64,000 nucleotides of DNA from Flavobacterium sp. (GCF_027484705.1 NZ_JAIXSL010000020.1:18172-82171), one strand, 5' to 3'; positions 32,401-39,922 are shown, counted from the first letter of the stretch. The notes: generated by a model not told the origin, from the sequence alone. Numbers and translations are program-made.

Positions 32401-32972
32401 TTACAATTGGAGCCCACGCCACCAACAATTGAATTGTTATTGGTAATACTTCCGGCAACAACAGCACCGGTTATGGTTAGGGTTGCGTTATTAGTTAGAC
32501 TACTGGAAAGGGTGGTAGTACCTCCCAGAGTAATGCTTGAATTGGCGGTAATGCTACCGGCATTGAGCGTTCCATTGTTTACAAAAGGGCAGTTAATATT
32601 GGTACTACTGCCAAGAGTTATAGTTCCTGTGAGCGCATTGGTAAAATTGCATCCGCTATTAAAATTTAAATTGTTGACGTTCTGAAATGTTCCGTTATTA
32701 ATGATGGTCCAGTTGCCATTGTAATTTGGAGCAGCAGAAGGATTGTACGTAACACCGGTGCCGATGCATAGTGTATTCCCGTTGAAATTATTCAACCTAC
32801 CTGTAAAAGTTCCAGTTCCAGTGATACAAATGGTTGTGCCCGCAGTAACGCTGTAGGTTAAATTGTTTGGTACTGTGATGTTCAAAGTGCATCCTGTACA
32901 TTGGCCGTAAACGTCTTTGCAATTTATCATCAGTAATGCAATGACCGTAAATTTAAGTAGTAAGTTTTTCAT
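26478..32972 (-). CDS. Giant T9SS-secreted adhesin-like protein 2 (2164 aa): Asn/Thr-rich N-region, FN3/Ig-like domains, 2 choice-of-anchor-D-like repeats, DxDxDG repeats, CBM-like domain, LamG-like domain, type A CTD
   Basis: Signal peptide MKNLLLKF...VYGQ; C-terminal ~1000 aa colinear with protein 1; CTD ELYNILGQ...STGAYIVKV...KKIIIK. Confidence 0.9.
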   Translation of the reverse strand: MKNLLLKFTVIALLMINCKDVYGQCTGCTLNITVPNNLTYSVTAGTTICITGTGTFTGRLNNFNGNTLCIGTGVTYNPSAAPNYNGNWTIINNGTFQNVNNLNFNSGCNFTNALTGTITLGSSTNINCPFVNNGTLNAGSITANSSITLGGTTTLSSSLTNNATLTITGAVVAGSITNNNSIVGGVGSNCNSLRSTGSFSNSGTIGNTGQYLYVANTGGSILSPASTISPTAPPSQPTSLVLSNSGTTINGSFTQCVSSGYVILRAIAASVPATTNPTNMASLAVGQSVGAWTVAAINSGQSTTTFADNIGATCSNIYYRIYAYNSGGSCRVYNVSSPLTGTYNPTPTITTTSPATICGAGTATLGATASAGTINWYAAATGGASIGTGTSFAPSITSTTTYYVDATNNGCTTASRTAVVATLITAPTSIAGTNVTTCANSGAVNITAGASASGYTSFSWASSGTGIFTNPSSLTLCTYTPSTLDIASGSVTLRLNVTGNAPCGTIFSTKTLTITPNVTASVSIVATATTTCAGNTETFTATPTNGGTTPSYQWKKNGVSVGTNSTTFATSALANGDVITCVMTSNATCVIASPATSNALTMTVNALPTITGSTPGSRINTGTVVLGATCSSGGVFWYTTLSGGGPIGSGNSWTTPSIGVTTTYYASAMTLSGCSSTPRTPVVATVNNPEIDIQGNATSIADGDTTPSTTDWTDFGSALTTKTFTIRNTGVAVLNLGTVMISGANASDFSVTSAPSATVAAGGSTTFTIAFNPTAGGTRTSTISIDNDDNNENPYDFSIQGTGIAQEITVLGNAVTITDGDNSPTTADWTDFSNVTFTRTYTIQNSGNVPLAIGSIGFSGPNATEFAVTTLPVSTIPAYGSTTFTVTFSPLGVGVRVATLNIANNDSDENPYDFSIIATGVNIDSDGDGVNNGTDSDDDNDGITDVIECGTCLTDPFTNGSFEVTSPILGATTYSIMPAANVTGWQSSPENLIEIWSTGFNGVDAAQGNQFAELNANVAGTLYQTFCLNGASGTITWSIKHRGRSGVDQAFVRFGTTLADAQTNTPIATMVDGTGAWGLYSGTYIIPAGQTQIVLAFQAGYTASGSASIGNFIDDVQITINQACVDTDSDGMANIIDLDDDNDGVADIEEAGFKNYSNNTSTFDKTNAANWRDTNANGMNDYIDTLISAGTYAIPDTDGDGIPNYLDLDSDNDSLFDVDEAGLANGDGDINGDGKGDGSDTDRDGILNLYDNSAAYGTVARAYAQDTNTNGVPDYLQLDSNADGINDIQTGLYGSLDTNNDGKIDGSTDIDRDGILDAFDTNTAAVGSPRNLNRKLFLDFDGRNDYGQGTGVLGGLPEATLMAWIDLNSAFSSDGVVVGQDKFQMRITSGARLEAVVNSTILKYNFDLNASRWYHVAAVYGGGFLKLYLNGVQVISTPATGNIAADASLLTLGKDPSSNTKYFKGKIDEVRIFNTALTDAQVQRMVYQEIQNTAGQVRGAIVPKDIQSLPYANLLRYYKMDAYKDDIIDDFTTAAIDAGTGMKIYNHKVIKVQEAPMPFVTRTTGTFATAINDPSKDIRGLDATDYDYSIVQVKHNITETANATDLAMFVDPSVTVTMNNNTKIQNDWYLKLDGKIDLQGRSQLIQTANSDLDVTSAGSIERDQQGQSNKFNYNYWSSPVGAINATSNNNAFTIGSVLRDGTDPNNPQNITWSAGYNGAPTSPITLSSYWIFKFQNLTPVYSNWSAVGDTGTLQAAQGFTMKGTGSGSASQNYTFVGKPNNGTITTTIAGGNLNLCGNPYPSALDADAFIMANSASITGTLYFWEHFGTNTSHNLLDYQGGYAARNLVGGTPPVSPTGVSTSGGSTRIPSRYIPVGQGFLVYGSGTGGTITFNNNQRSFVKENDPTSNVMFRQSNQDLSIIDKQFDNHEDRMVETQSFSKIRIGFNSVNNYHRQILLGFMNEFATDAFDIGYDASQLDTQPNDLYFAIPGQNLVIQGVGAYDAHKVLPLSLKNGMEGTVQFTLDATENFDASQNIYIYDSVTEQYHDIRSGNFEINLPVGIYDTRFSLRFSNTALDINDFDLSQEVVISFTSNDAMININNNLMNETIKSVELYNILGQSIRSWNVSENDQSKVKIPVTNISTGAYIVKVHTTKGDLSKKIIIK

Positions 32973-33021
32973 AATCTTTTTCCCCCGAAAAAATTGTTAG
33001 TGATATAAATATTTAACGAGC

Positions 33022-33093
33022 CAAAAGTATCTTAAGGGATTTGAATTACAAAATTTTTAATCGATTAAATACATAAAAAATCGATAAAATGCA
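33022..33093 (-). promoter_or_regulatory. Promoter of adhesin gene 2 with upstream direct repeats
   Basis: -7 TACTTTTG (33029-33022), 19 nt, -33 TTTG (33052-33049), 7 nt, then TGTATTTAATCGAT (33073-33060) and TGCATTTTATCGAT (33093-33080). Confidence 0.8.
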
Positions 33094-33386
33094 TTTATTT
33101 GAATATTAAGTAAGGTAAATATTACAAATATAATTTTTTATTTGAGATTTCTTTCTTGATTTTAGCACCGGATTGGTTTTTCAAAACTTCAATTTTGAAG
33201 ATTCTAACAGAATGTAAGTATTGTAGAAAGTAAAATTCACAAAGTAAAAATGAAAATAAAGAGGCTTCATTTAAAAACATCAATGGACTAATGTTTTATC
33301 ACCAAAAAAATCAGCATAAATAGCAAATGAAAAAGACATAAAAATAAAAAAAGCCCTAAGTACAAATACTTAAGACTTCATTTTTG

Positions 33387-33460
33387 TAGCGAGGACGGGA
33401 GTTGAACCCGTGACCTCAGGGTTATGAATCCTGCGCTCTAACCAACTGAGCTACCTCGCC
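33387..33460 (-). tRNA. tRNA-Met (CAT), probably elongator
   Basis: GGCGAGG acceptor/CCTCGCT-A; D-arm TAGCTCAGTTGGTTAGAGC; anticodon loop TTCATAA; T-loop GGTTCAACTCC; G2-C71, C3-G70, A73 with no C1-A72 mismatch; CCA not encoded. Confidence 0.95.
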
Positions 33461-33494
33461 AGATTTCGGTAAATGCAATACCGCAATGCGGGTG

Positions 33495-33525
33495 CAAATA
33501 TAAAACTTAAATCATAGGTTGCAAA
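33495..33525 (-). promoter_or_regulatory. Promoter of tRNA-Met
   Basis: -33 TTTG (33525-33522), 19 nt, -7 TATATTTG (33502-33495). Confidence 0.75.
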
Positions 33526-33610
33526 TTTATAATGAGAAAAAAATTATTTAAAAAAATGCTTTTTTATTGTGCTATTATTATATATATTTCCCAAAAATTA
33601 GTACCCAACA

Positions 33611-34003
33611 ATGGAATTAAAATCACGCTACGAACTCGAATTTCCCATCAACTCATCGCCTCAGTTGTTATATCAGTATATATCAACGCCTTCGGGGCTG
33701 CAGGAGTGGTTCGCGGACAATGTAAATTCGAGAGGCGAATACTTTACTTTCATATGGGATGACTCTGAAGAAAACGCCCGTTTGTCCTCAAAAAAAACCG
33801 GAGAGAAGATTAAATTCCGTTGGATTGACGAAAATAAAAAAGACACAGATTATTTTTTTGAATTGCGAATCCTAGAAGACGAAATCACTAAAGACGTATC
33901 CTTAATGATTGTCGATTTTGCCAAAGAAGACGAACTTGATGAGGCTAAATTATTATGGGAGAATCAGATATCAGACCTTAAACATGTTATCGGTTCGGTA
34001 TAA
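33611..34003 (+). CDS. START-like/SRPBCC domain protein
   Basis: YELEFPI..SP.LLY.YISTPSGLQEWFADNV motif typical of Bacteroidota START-like proteins. Confidence 0.8.
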   Translation: MELKSRYELEFPINSSPQLLYQYISTPSGLQEWFADNVNSRGEYFTFIWDDSEENARLSSKKTGEKIKFRWIDENKKDTDYFFELRILEDEITKDVSLMIVDFAKEDELDEAKLLWENQISDLKHVIGSV

Positions 34004-34055
34004 TATTTACTGAGAATACACTTATATTTGCCCTAATATTAATTAGGGTTTTTTT

Positions 34056-34892
34056 ATGGTCAATTACAACGGAATGCTCGTTTCTTCTGAAGAACAATCG
34101 TGGTCTAACAATCGGAGTTTTCTCTACGGAGACGGTGTTTTCGAAACCTTAAAAATAAGAAACCAAAAGATTCTTTTTCTTGAAGACCATTATTTCCGAT
34201 TAATGGCGAGCATGCGAATCGTGCGCATGGAAATTCCAATGAACTTTACGATGGAGTTTTTTGAAGAACAAATTTTAAGCACCGCAAAAGCCAATCAATG
34301 TGCTGATTCCGCTAGAGTTCGTATTACGATTTACAGAAATGAAGGCGGTTACTATTTGCCCGAAACTAATCTTGTTAGCTATATCATCCAGTCAAATCCA
34401 TTAGAAAATTTAGATTATTCTTTCGATGCGATTCCTTATGAAGTCGATTTGTATAAGGATTTTCACGTTTCGAAGCAATTGCTGTCGACGATCAAAACGA
34501 CCAATAAGATGGTTCATATTACAGGAAGCATCTTTGCGAAAGAAAATGGTTTGCAGAATTGCCTGCTGTTAAATGATGAGAAAAATGTCGTGGAAGCCTT
34601 GCAGGGAAACCTGTTCATGTTAATGGATAACAAACTGATTACGCCACCAATTTCCGACGGTTGTTTGAATGGCATCATGCGAAAAAAGGTCATTGCGTTA
34701 TCAAAATCAATGGAAAATATAGAAATTCTAGAAGTTTCGATTTCGCCGTTCGACCTTCAAAAAGCCGATGAACTCTTCATGACTAATGTCGTCAAAGGCA
34801 TCCAATCCATTACAAAATACAGGAAAAAGGAATACGGAACAGATTTAGCGCAGCAACTATCCGAGAAACTCAACGAATCAATCCGGAATTAA
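34056..34892 (+). CDS. PLP-dependent class IV aminotransferase / aminodeoxychorismate lyase-like
   Basis: RSFLYGDGVFET, HYFRL, IKT (PLP Lys), E....NLF, GCLNGIMR, DELFMTN; promoter TATATTTG 34023-34030. Confidence 0.9.
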   Translation: MVNYNGMLVSSEEQSWSNNRSFLYGDGVFETLKIRNQKILFLEDHYFRLMASMRIVRMEIPMNFTMEFFEEQILSTAKANQCADSARVRITIYRNEGGYYLPETNLVSYIIQSNPLENLDYSFDAIPYEVDLYKDFHVSKQLLSTIKTTNKMVHITGSIFAKENGLQNCLLLNDEKNVVEALQGNLFMLMDNKLITPPISDGCLNGIMRKKVIALSKSMENIEILEVSISPFDLQKADELFMTNVVKGIQSITKYRKKEYGTDLAQQLSEKLNESIRN

Positions 34893-35449
34893 TTCAACAA
34901 AGGATTTTCAGGCGCATTCGACCAAATAATGTAATCGCCGCCAAGTTCTAAGATTTTTTCTTTCCAAAAATCAGTCGTTGATTTGCCGATAATTTTGTTC
35001 TCATAAAGATTTTCAGCCAGAATCCAGGAATTCGATTTCATTTCATTCTCCAATTGCTGGGCTTCCCAACCGGTATATCCTAAGAAGAAACGGATATTAT
35101 CCTTTTTGACCTGTCCGGTGTTGATGAGGTTTTTGGTCAATTCGAAATCTCCACCCCAAAAAATACCGTTCGAAATTTCGACGCTATTGGTAATCAAATG
35201 CGGTATGTTGTGAATGAAATAAAGGTTGTCTTGTTCTACTGGCCCGCCATTGTATATTTTAAAGTTGGCTTCTACATCGGGAACCAAATCGTTGATAGTG
35301 TATTTTAAAGGCTTGTTGATAATGAATCCGACAGAACCTTCGTCATTGTGATCGGCTAATAATATCACGGAGCGATTGAAAGATAAATCTCCAATTATAG
35401 AAGGCTCAGCAATCAGCAAATGTCCTTTTTTTAATTTTTCTGATATCAT
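34889..35449 (-). CDS. YqgE/AlgH family protein (DUF179)
   Basis: LLIAEP, FNRSVILL, GFIINKP, GGPV, RFFLGYTGW...QLE.E. Confidence 0.93.
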   Translation of the reverse strand: MISEKLKKGHLLIAEPSIIGDLSFNRSVILLADHNDEGSVGFIINKPLKYTINDLVPDVEANFKIYNGGPVEQDNLYFIHNIPHLITNSVEISNGIFWGGDFELTKNLINTGQVKKDNIRFFLGYTGWEAQQLENEMKSNSWILAENLYENKIIGKSTTDFWKEKILELGGDYIIWSNAPENPLLN

Positions 35450-35520
35450 TAGAATCGCAATTTTGATTAAATTTAGTAATAAAATTTTTAAATAAACAAA
35501 TATATTTCGCTTTAAGTAAA

Positions 35521-35547
35521 AAAAAAGTCCCCAAAAAGGAGACTTTT
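35521..35547 (-). terminator. Terminator of hup
   Basis: AAAAGTCCCC-AAAAA-GGAGACTTTT hairpin with A-tract. Confidence 0.7.
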
Positions 35548-35570
35548 AATTTATATTTTATAAACTTTTA

Positions 35571-35843
35571 TTAGTTTACTGAACCTTCTAAATCTGCACC
35601 AGCTTTGAATTTAACTACATTCTTAGCAGCAATTTTGATTGTTTTTCCAGTTTGTGGATTTCTTCCGTCTCTAGCAGCTCTTTTAGATACTGACCATGAT
35701 CCGAAACCTACTAAAGATACTCTTCCACCTTTTTTCAAAGTACCACCTACATTACCTAAAAATGATTCTAAAGCTAATTTAGCAGCTGCTTTTGTGATTC
35801 CTGCGTCAGCAGCAATAGCATCGATTAATTCTGATTTGTTCAT
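35571..35843 (-). CDS. hup: DNA-binding protein HU (90 aa)
   Basis: MNKSELIDAIA, VSLVGFGSW, RDGRNPQTG, VKFKAG; start ATG 35843; promoter TAAATTTG 35895-35888. Confidence 0.97.
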   Translation of the reverse strand: MNKSELIDAIAADAGITKAAAKLALESFLGNVGGTLKKGGRVSLVGFGSWSVSKRAARDGRNPQTGKTIKIAAKNVVKFKAGADLEGSVN

Positions 35844-36020
35844 AATAATAGTTATTAATTGTTGGTTAAACATTATGTTAATTGAAACAAATTTAAAAGG
35901 AATTCCTTACTGCGCAAGACATTTGCCGTGTTTTTCACCGATTTGTTGATAAGTCGATTGTTTTGTTGATAAAGGAAGTTGTTTTTGTCGGTTTTATTCT
36001 CACTCCAATGGCGGCGCAAC

Positions 36021-36968
36021 TTAACAAGCGTAAGCATTTTCTGAAAACGTCATTCCGTTAAGTAATTCTGCCGTGGTCATTTTTTTCTTTCCGGGAAATT
36101 GTAAAGCCATGATTTGGACATATCCGTCAACCACCGCAATTTTTATTTCTTTTTTGGTAGTTGTTATTTTTCCAATTGGTCCATCATGTTTTTCTGGAAT
36201 GAATTCGGCTTCATAAATCTTAATATTCCATTCTAGATCGCCATCTTTAAAATAGCACCAGGCCGCAGGATAAGGCGAAAGGCCTCGAATGAGATTGTGA
36301 ATTTCATTTCCGGTTTTATTACAATCGATTTTACAGTTTTCCTTATTGAGTTTGTAGGCGGTTTTCAAATCTTCAGATTCCATTTGAATTTTGGTCTCCA
36401 AATTTCCGTTTTCAATTAACGCCAAAGTTTTAACAACTGTTTGACTTCCGAGTGCCATCAAACGGTCGTGTAATTGTCCGGCATTTTCATTTTCAGCAAT
36501 CGCAATCTCGGCATTCAGAATCATCGCGCCTGTGTCAATTTTATCATCAATAAAAAAAGTAGTCACACCAGTTTTAGTTTCCCCATTAATAATCGCCCAG
36601 TTGATTGGAGCCGCACCGCGATAATCGGGCAGGAGCGAAGCATGAAGATTAAACGTTCCGTACTTCGGCATTTCCCAAACGACTTTTGGCAACATTCTGA
36701 AAGCGACAACTACTTGAAGATTGGCATTCAAAGCTTTCAATTCCGCTAAAAAAGTTTCATCTTTTAGATTGGTTGGTTGCAATAAAGTAAGGTTGTGTTC
36801 AAGCGCATATTCTTTGACCGCCGAATATTTTATTTTTTGTCCGCGACCTGCCGGTTTGTCTGCAGCTGTAATCACACCGACTACATTATAATTGTTTTTC
36901 AATATCGAATCCAGAATGCCGACGGCGAATTCGGGCGTTCCCATAAAGATTATTCTCAATGCTTCCAT
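36021..36968 (-). CDS. fmt: Methionyl-tRNA formyltransferase
   Basis: IIFMGTPEFA, DKPAGRG, NLHASLLPDYRGAAPI, DTG, RGLSPYP. Confidence 0.97.
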   Translation of the reverse strand: MEALRIIFMGTPEFAVGILDSILKNNYNVVGVITAADKPAGRGQKIKYSAVKEYALEHNLTLLQPTNLKDETFLAELKALNANLQVVVAFRMLPKVVWEMPKYGTFNLHASLLPDYRGAAPINWAIINGETKTGVTTFFIDDKIDTGAMILNAEIAIAENENAGQLHDRLMALGSQTVVKTLALIENGNLETKIQMESEDLKTAYKLNKENCKIDCNKTGNEIHNLIRGLSPYPAAWCYFKDGDLEWNIKIYEAEFIPEKHDGPIGKITTTKKEIKIAVVDGYVQIMALQFPGKKKMTTAELLNGMTFSENAYAC

Positions 36969-38863
36969 TATTTTCTTAAAGTGTATTGGTTGTTGGGTTT
37001 GAGAATGATGATCTCGTTTTCCAGCAACATTTGAAGCGCAAAGATAATGTCCTTTGAGGCAAACGGCACTACTTTTTCAATTTCCCTCGAATTTAAATCT
37101 GCAGTTTTTAAAACCTCAAGAATTTCTTTAACCACCAAATGAATGTCGGTTTTGGTTTTATTTTTCGAAATGCAATACGAGCAAATGCCACAAGGTTTTG
37201 AATCTTTTTCGCCAAAATATTCCAGCAACAATTGGCTTTTGCAGGTGTTTTTGTCATTCACATAATGCAAAACCGATTGCAACTGATCGACTTTCAGCTG
37301 GTTCTGATGTTCGAGATATTTCGCAATGCGGTTGATGGTTTTCTCGTCTTCGCGGACTTCATTAAAAATCAGAACCGCATCATTATTTTTTGAAGTGTAA
37401 GCAATGATTTCCTTTTCTTGTAATTTCTTCAAAACCTGACTCACTTCCGCTTCACTATGATTTGATTTTTTCGCAATTAAGGCCATATTGAAAGCCGTCG
37501 GCATGTCGTAAATTCCGGGATAAGTTCTGAGAATCGTTAGAATGATTTCTTCATCGTTCGGATTCAAACTTGTATAACGGATGACTTCTTTCGACGGAAT
37601 CAGGAATTGCATCGTGATCTTTTCCGAGAATTCCTGCGATAAAGTCACAATACCTTGCCGGTCTAAAAACTGCATCGCATTGTACGCTCTCAAAGTCGGA
37701 AATCCGTATTTCGAGCAAAAGGTGTTGAGGTTGAATGAAAAGACTTCGTTGATGCCTTCGCCATAAGCAATGCGGAAATAGTTGCAAAGTTTCACATACA
37801 CTTCGAGCAAGAATTTCCTGTCGGGCAAAACATGAATCGATTGGTCTTTCGCCTGAAAAATATCCGACGGACTACTCAATAATACCGCAAAAGCTTTCTC
37901 GCCATTTCTTCCGGCGCGACCGGCTTCCTGATAATAATTTTCGAGATTTTCGGGAAGCTGCATGTGAATGACGGTTTTGACATTCGCTTTATCGATGCCC
38001 ATTCCGAACGCATTCGTAGCGACGATTACCTGCACTTCTTCGTTCATCCAGAGTTGCATATTTTTGTCTTTCTCTTTCGAAGTCAAACCGCCGTGGTAAA
38101 AAGTAGCTTTAAACCCTAAAGTCTGCAATTGCTGTGAAACATCCAGACAAGATTTGCGGTTGCGTACATATATAATGGAAGGCTCGGGATTTTTACGAAG
38201 AATCTGCTCGGCGCGGAACAATTTATCTTCGACTTCAAAAACCATATAAGCAATGTTTTCGCGTGCAAATGATTTTCTGAAAACGGCAGGATGTTCCAAA
38301 CCCAATTGGGTGATGATATCGGCTTCAACCCTTGGCGTGGCTGATGCGGTCAAAGCCACAAAAGGCACTTTTGGGAAATGGGTTTTGAGCTGTGAAATTT
38401 TGAGATAAGACGGTCGAAAGTCATGCCCCCATTGCGACACACAATGCGCTTCGTCAATCGCGATAAGATTTATAGGCAGGTTTTTGATGCGTTCCAGAAT
38501 CCAGTCTGATTGCAAACGTTCGGGTGAAAGGTAAAGAAATTTGTAATTTCCGAACTGGCAGTTGTCAAGCAAGTCGATCATTTCTTCGGTTCCGATACCG
38601 CCGGTCAGGGCAATGGCTTTGATGTCGAGTTTCTGAAGGTTGGCGACTTGGTCTTTCATCAAGGCCACGAGTGGAGAAATAATCAATCCCATTCCCGGAT
38701 TCATCAGTGCCGGAATCTGAAAACAAACCGACTTTCCGCCGCCGGTGGGCATCAGTGCAAAAGTATCTTTTCGCTCAAGAATCGAAGTGATGATGGCTTC
38801 CTGAGGCGCTCTAAAGGTTTCGTGTTTCCAATATTTTTGGAGGATTTGTATGGCTTCCGACAT
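36968..38863 (-). CDS. recQ: RecQ-family ATP-dependent DNA helicase
   Basis: MPTGGGKS, DEAHCVSQWGHDFRP, ALTASA, ATNAFGMGID, QEAGRAGR, C-terminal CGICSYC Zn site. Confidence 0.95.
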   Translation of the reverse strand: MSEAIQILQKYWKHETFRAPQEAIITSILERKDTFALMPTGGGKSVCFQIPALMNPGMGLIISPLVALMKDQVANLQKLDIKAIALTGGIGTEEMIDLLDNCQFGNYKFLYLSPERLQSDWILERIKNLPINLIAIDEAHCVSQWGHDFRPSYLKISQLKTHFPKVPFVALTASATPRVEADIITQLGLEHPAVFRKSFARENIAYMVFEVEDKLFRAEQILRKNPEPSIIYVRNRKSCLDVSQQLQTLGFKATFYHGGLTSKEKDKNMQLWMNEEVQVIVATNAFGMGIDKANVKTVIHMQLPENLENYYQEAGRAGRNGEKAFAVLLSSPSDIFQAKDQSIHVLPDRKFLLEVYVKLCNYFRIAYGEGINEVFSFNLNTFCSKYGFPTLRAYNAMQFLDRQGIVTLSQEFSEKITMQFLIPSKEVIRYTSLNPNDEEIILTILRTYPGIYDMPTAFNMALIAKKSNHSEAEVSQVLKKLQEKEIIAYTSKNNDAVLIFNEVREDEKTINRIAKYLEHQNQLKVDQLQSVLHYVNDKNTCKSQLLLEYFGEKDSKPCGICSYCISKNKTKTDIHLVVKEILEVLKTADLNSREIEKVVPFASKDIIFALQMLLENEIIILKPNNQYTLRK

Positions 38864-38943
38864 TCGCTATAGGTATAAAATTAGACACGTACACAAATTT
38901 ACATAAAATTTGATACCGCTCGGAAAATCGAATGTGGGAATAA

Positions 38944-39480
38944 TTAATGAAGCGATTGCAGGATGAAATCGATTCGTTCGGACACACTCGCTTTCGGAAC
39001 TTCAATGAGTTCATAGCCGTAATTGACGTAAGTTTCCGTCAAATGTTCGAAGATCAGTTTGGCCTGTTCGTAGTTCTCGTAACGCTCGTCATCGCTGATA
39101 TAGATTTCTTCCCAAGGTGGCAGAATGAAAATTTTGGAGTATAGGTGTTCCTTGCAGGCGGCGTCAAAAAAAGAAGGATAACTGTCGCCAATATAGTGCA
39201 TATACGCCAAAACATCAGGAATGCCGCGGTCTAAGAATACGAAATCATGTGGTTCGTTGAGCGCGTTTTGGTATTGTTTTTTGCGGCCTTCAAGTAGCAG
39301 TTCGCTGAAGAGCAAAGGCTTTTCGAGGAAGAGTTGTTCGATGCCCTGCTTTTTGGCTTCCATCGTAACTTCGCGCGAAATCTCGGGATAACAACAATAT
39401 CCTTTTTGCATCAAACCATCAATGATGGTGGTTTTTCCGGTTCCCGGTCCGCCGATAATTACAATAATTTCTTTTGCCAT
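38944..39480 (-). CDS. P-loop AAA_28/NadR-like ATPase
   Basis: IIGGPGTGKTT, FLDRGIPD, Y..D.ERYE; start ATG 39480. Confidence 0.8.
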   Translation of the reverse strand: MAKEIIVIIGGPGTGKTTIIDGLMQKGYCCYPEISREVTMEAKKQGIEQLFLEKPLLFSELLLEGRKKQYQNALNEPHDFVFLDRGIPDVLAYMHYIGDSYPSFFDAACKEHLYSKIFILPPWEEIYISDDERYENYEQAKLIFEHLTETYVNYGYELIEVPKASVSERIDFILQSLH

Positions 39481-39631
39481 TTTTGAGCAATAAGCCGCAA
39501 ACTTACTCAATCTAATCGGGATTTAAAAAATTGAATCGCGTTAAAAAAAAACTAAATCGCAAAATCCTAAAACCGATAACTCAAAATCCGAAACCAATAC
39601 TGTATATTTGCTCTTATTTTTAAAACGAAGC

Positions 39632-39919
39632 ATGGACAAGAATACGGAAGAGTTTTATGAAAGACTGAAAGCAGAATTAGACATCAACAATCCTGTTTGG
39701 CCCGCAGAGTATTTATTCAAATTTATCGTACCTACTGATGATGGCAAAGTAAAAAAGGTAGAAGATGCTTTCGATTGTATGGGCGCCGTCATCAAAACCA
39801 CCAAATCCAAAACCGGTAAATTCACGAGTATTTCCGTTGATGTATTGATGAAAAATGCTCAGGAAATTGTCGATAAATATTTAGAAGTATCCACCATAGA
39901 AGGAATCATTTCCTTATAA
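39632..39919 (+). CDS. DUF493 (YbeD-like) family protein
   Basis: WP..YLFKFIVP, SKTGKFTSIS, IEGIISL; promoter TATATTTG 39603-39610. Confidence 0.85.
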   Translation: MDKNTEEFYERLKAELDINNPVWPAEYLFKFIVPTDDGKVKKVEDAFDCMGAVIKTTKSKTGKFTSISVDVLMKNAQEIVDKYLEVSTIEGIISL

Positions 39920-39922
39920 ATT

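Noticed and set aside
18309-32685. Many 60-190 aa plus-strand ORFs antisense to the two adhesins
   Set aside because: Shadow ORFs caused by Thr/Gly/Ala/Asn-rich coding on the minus strand; they mirror its repeats and have no motifs or expression signals.
33387-33460. tRNA-Met as the integration site of the adhesin block
   Set aside because: No duplicated tRNA 3' fragment seen near hisS and no integrase in the block.
35856-35883. dif-like site (TTATGTTAATT resembles the XerD arm)
   Set aside because: The left arm lacks the XerC-type ...ATAA half-site, and it lies in the hup leader.
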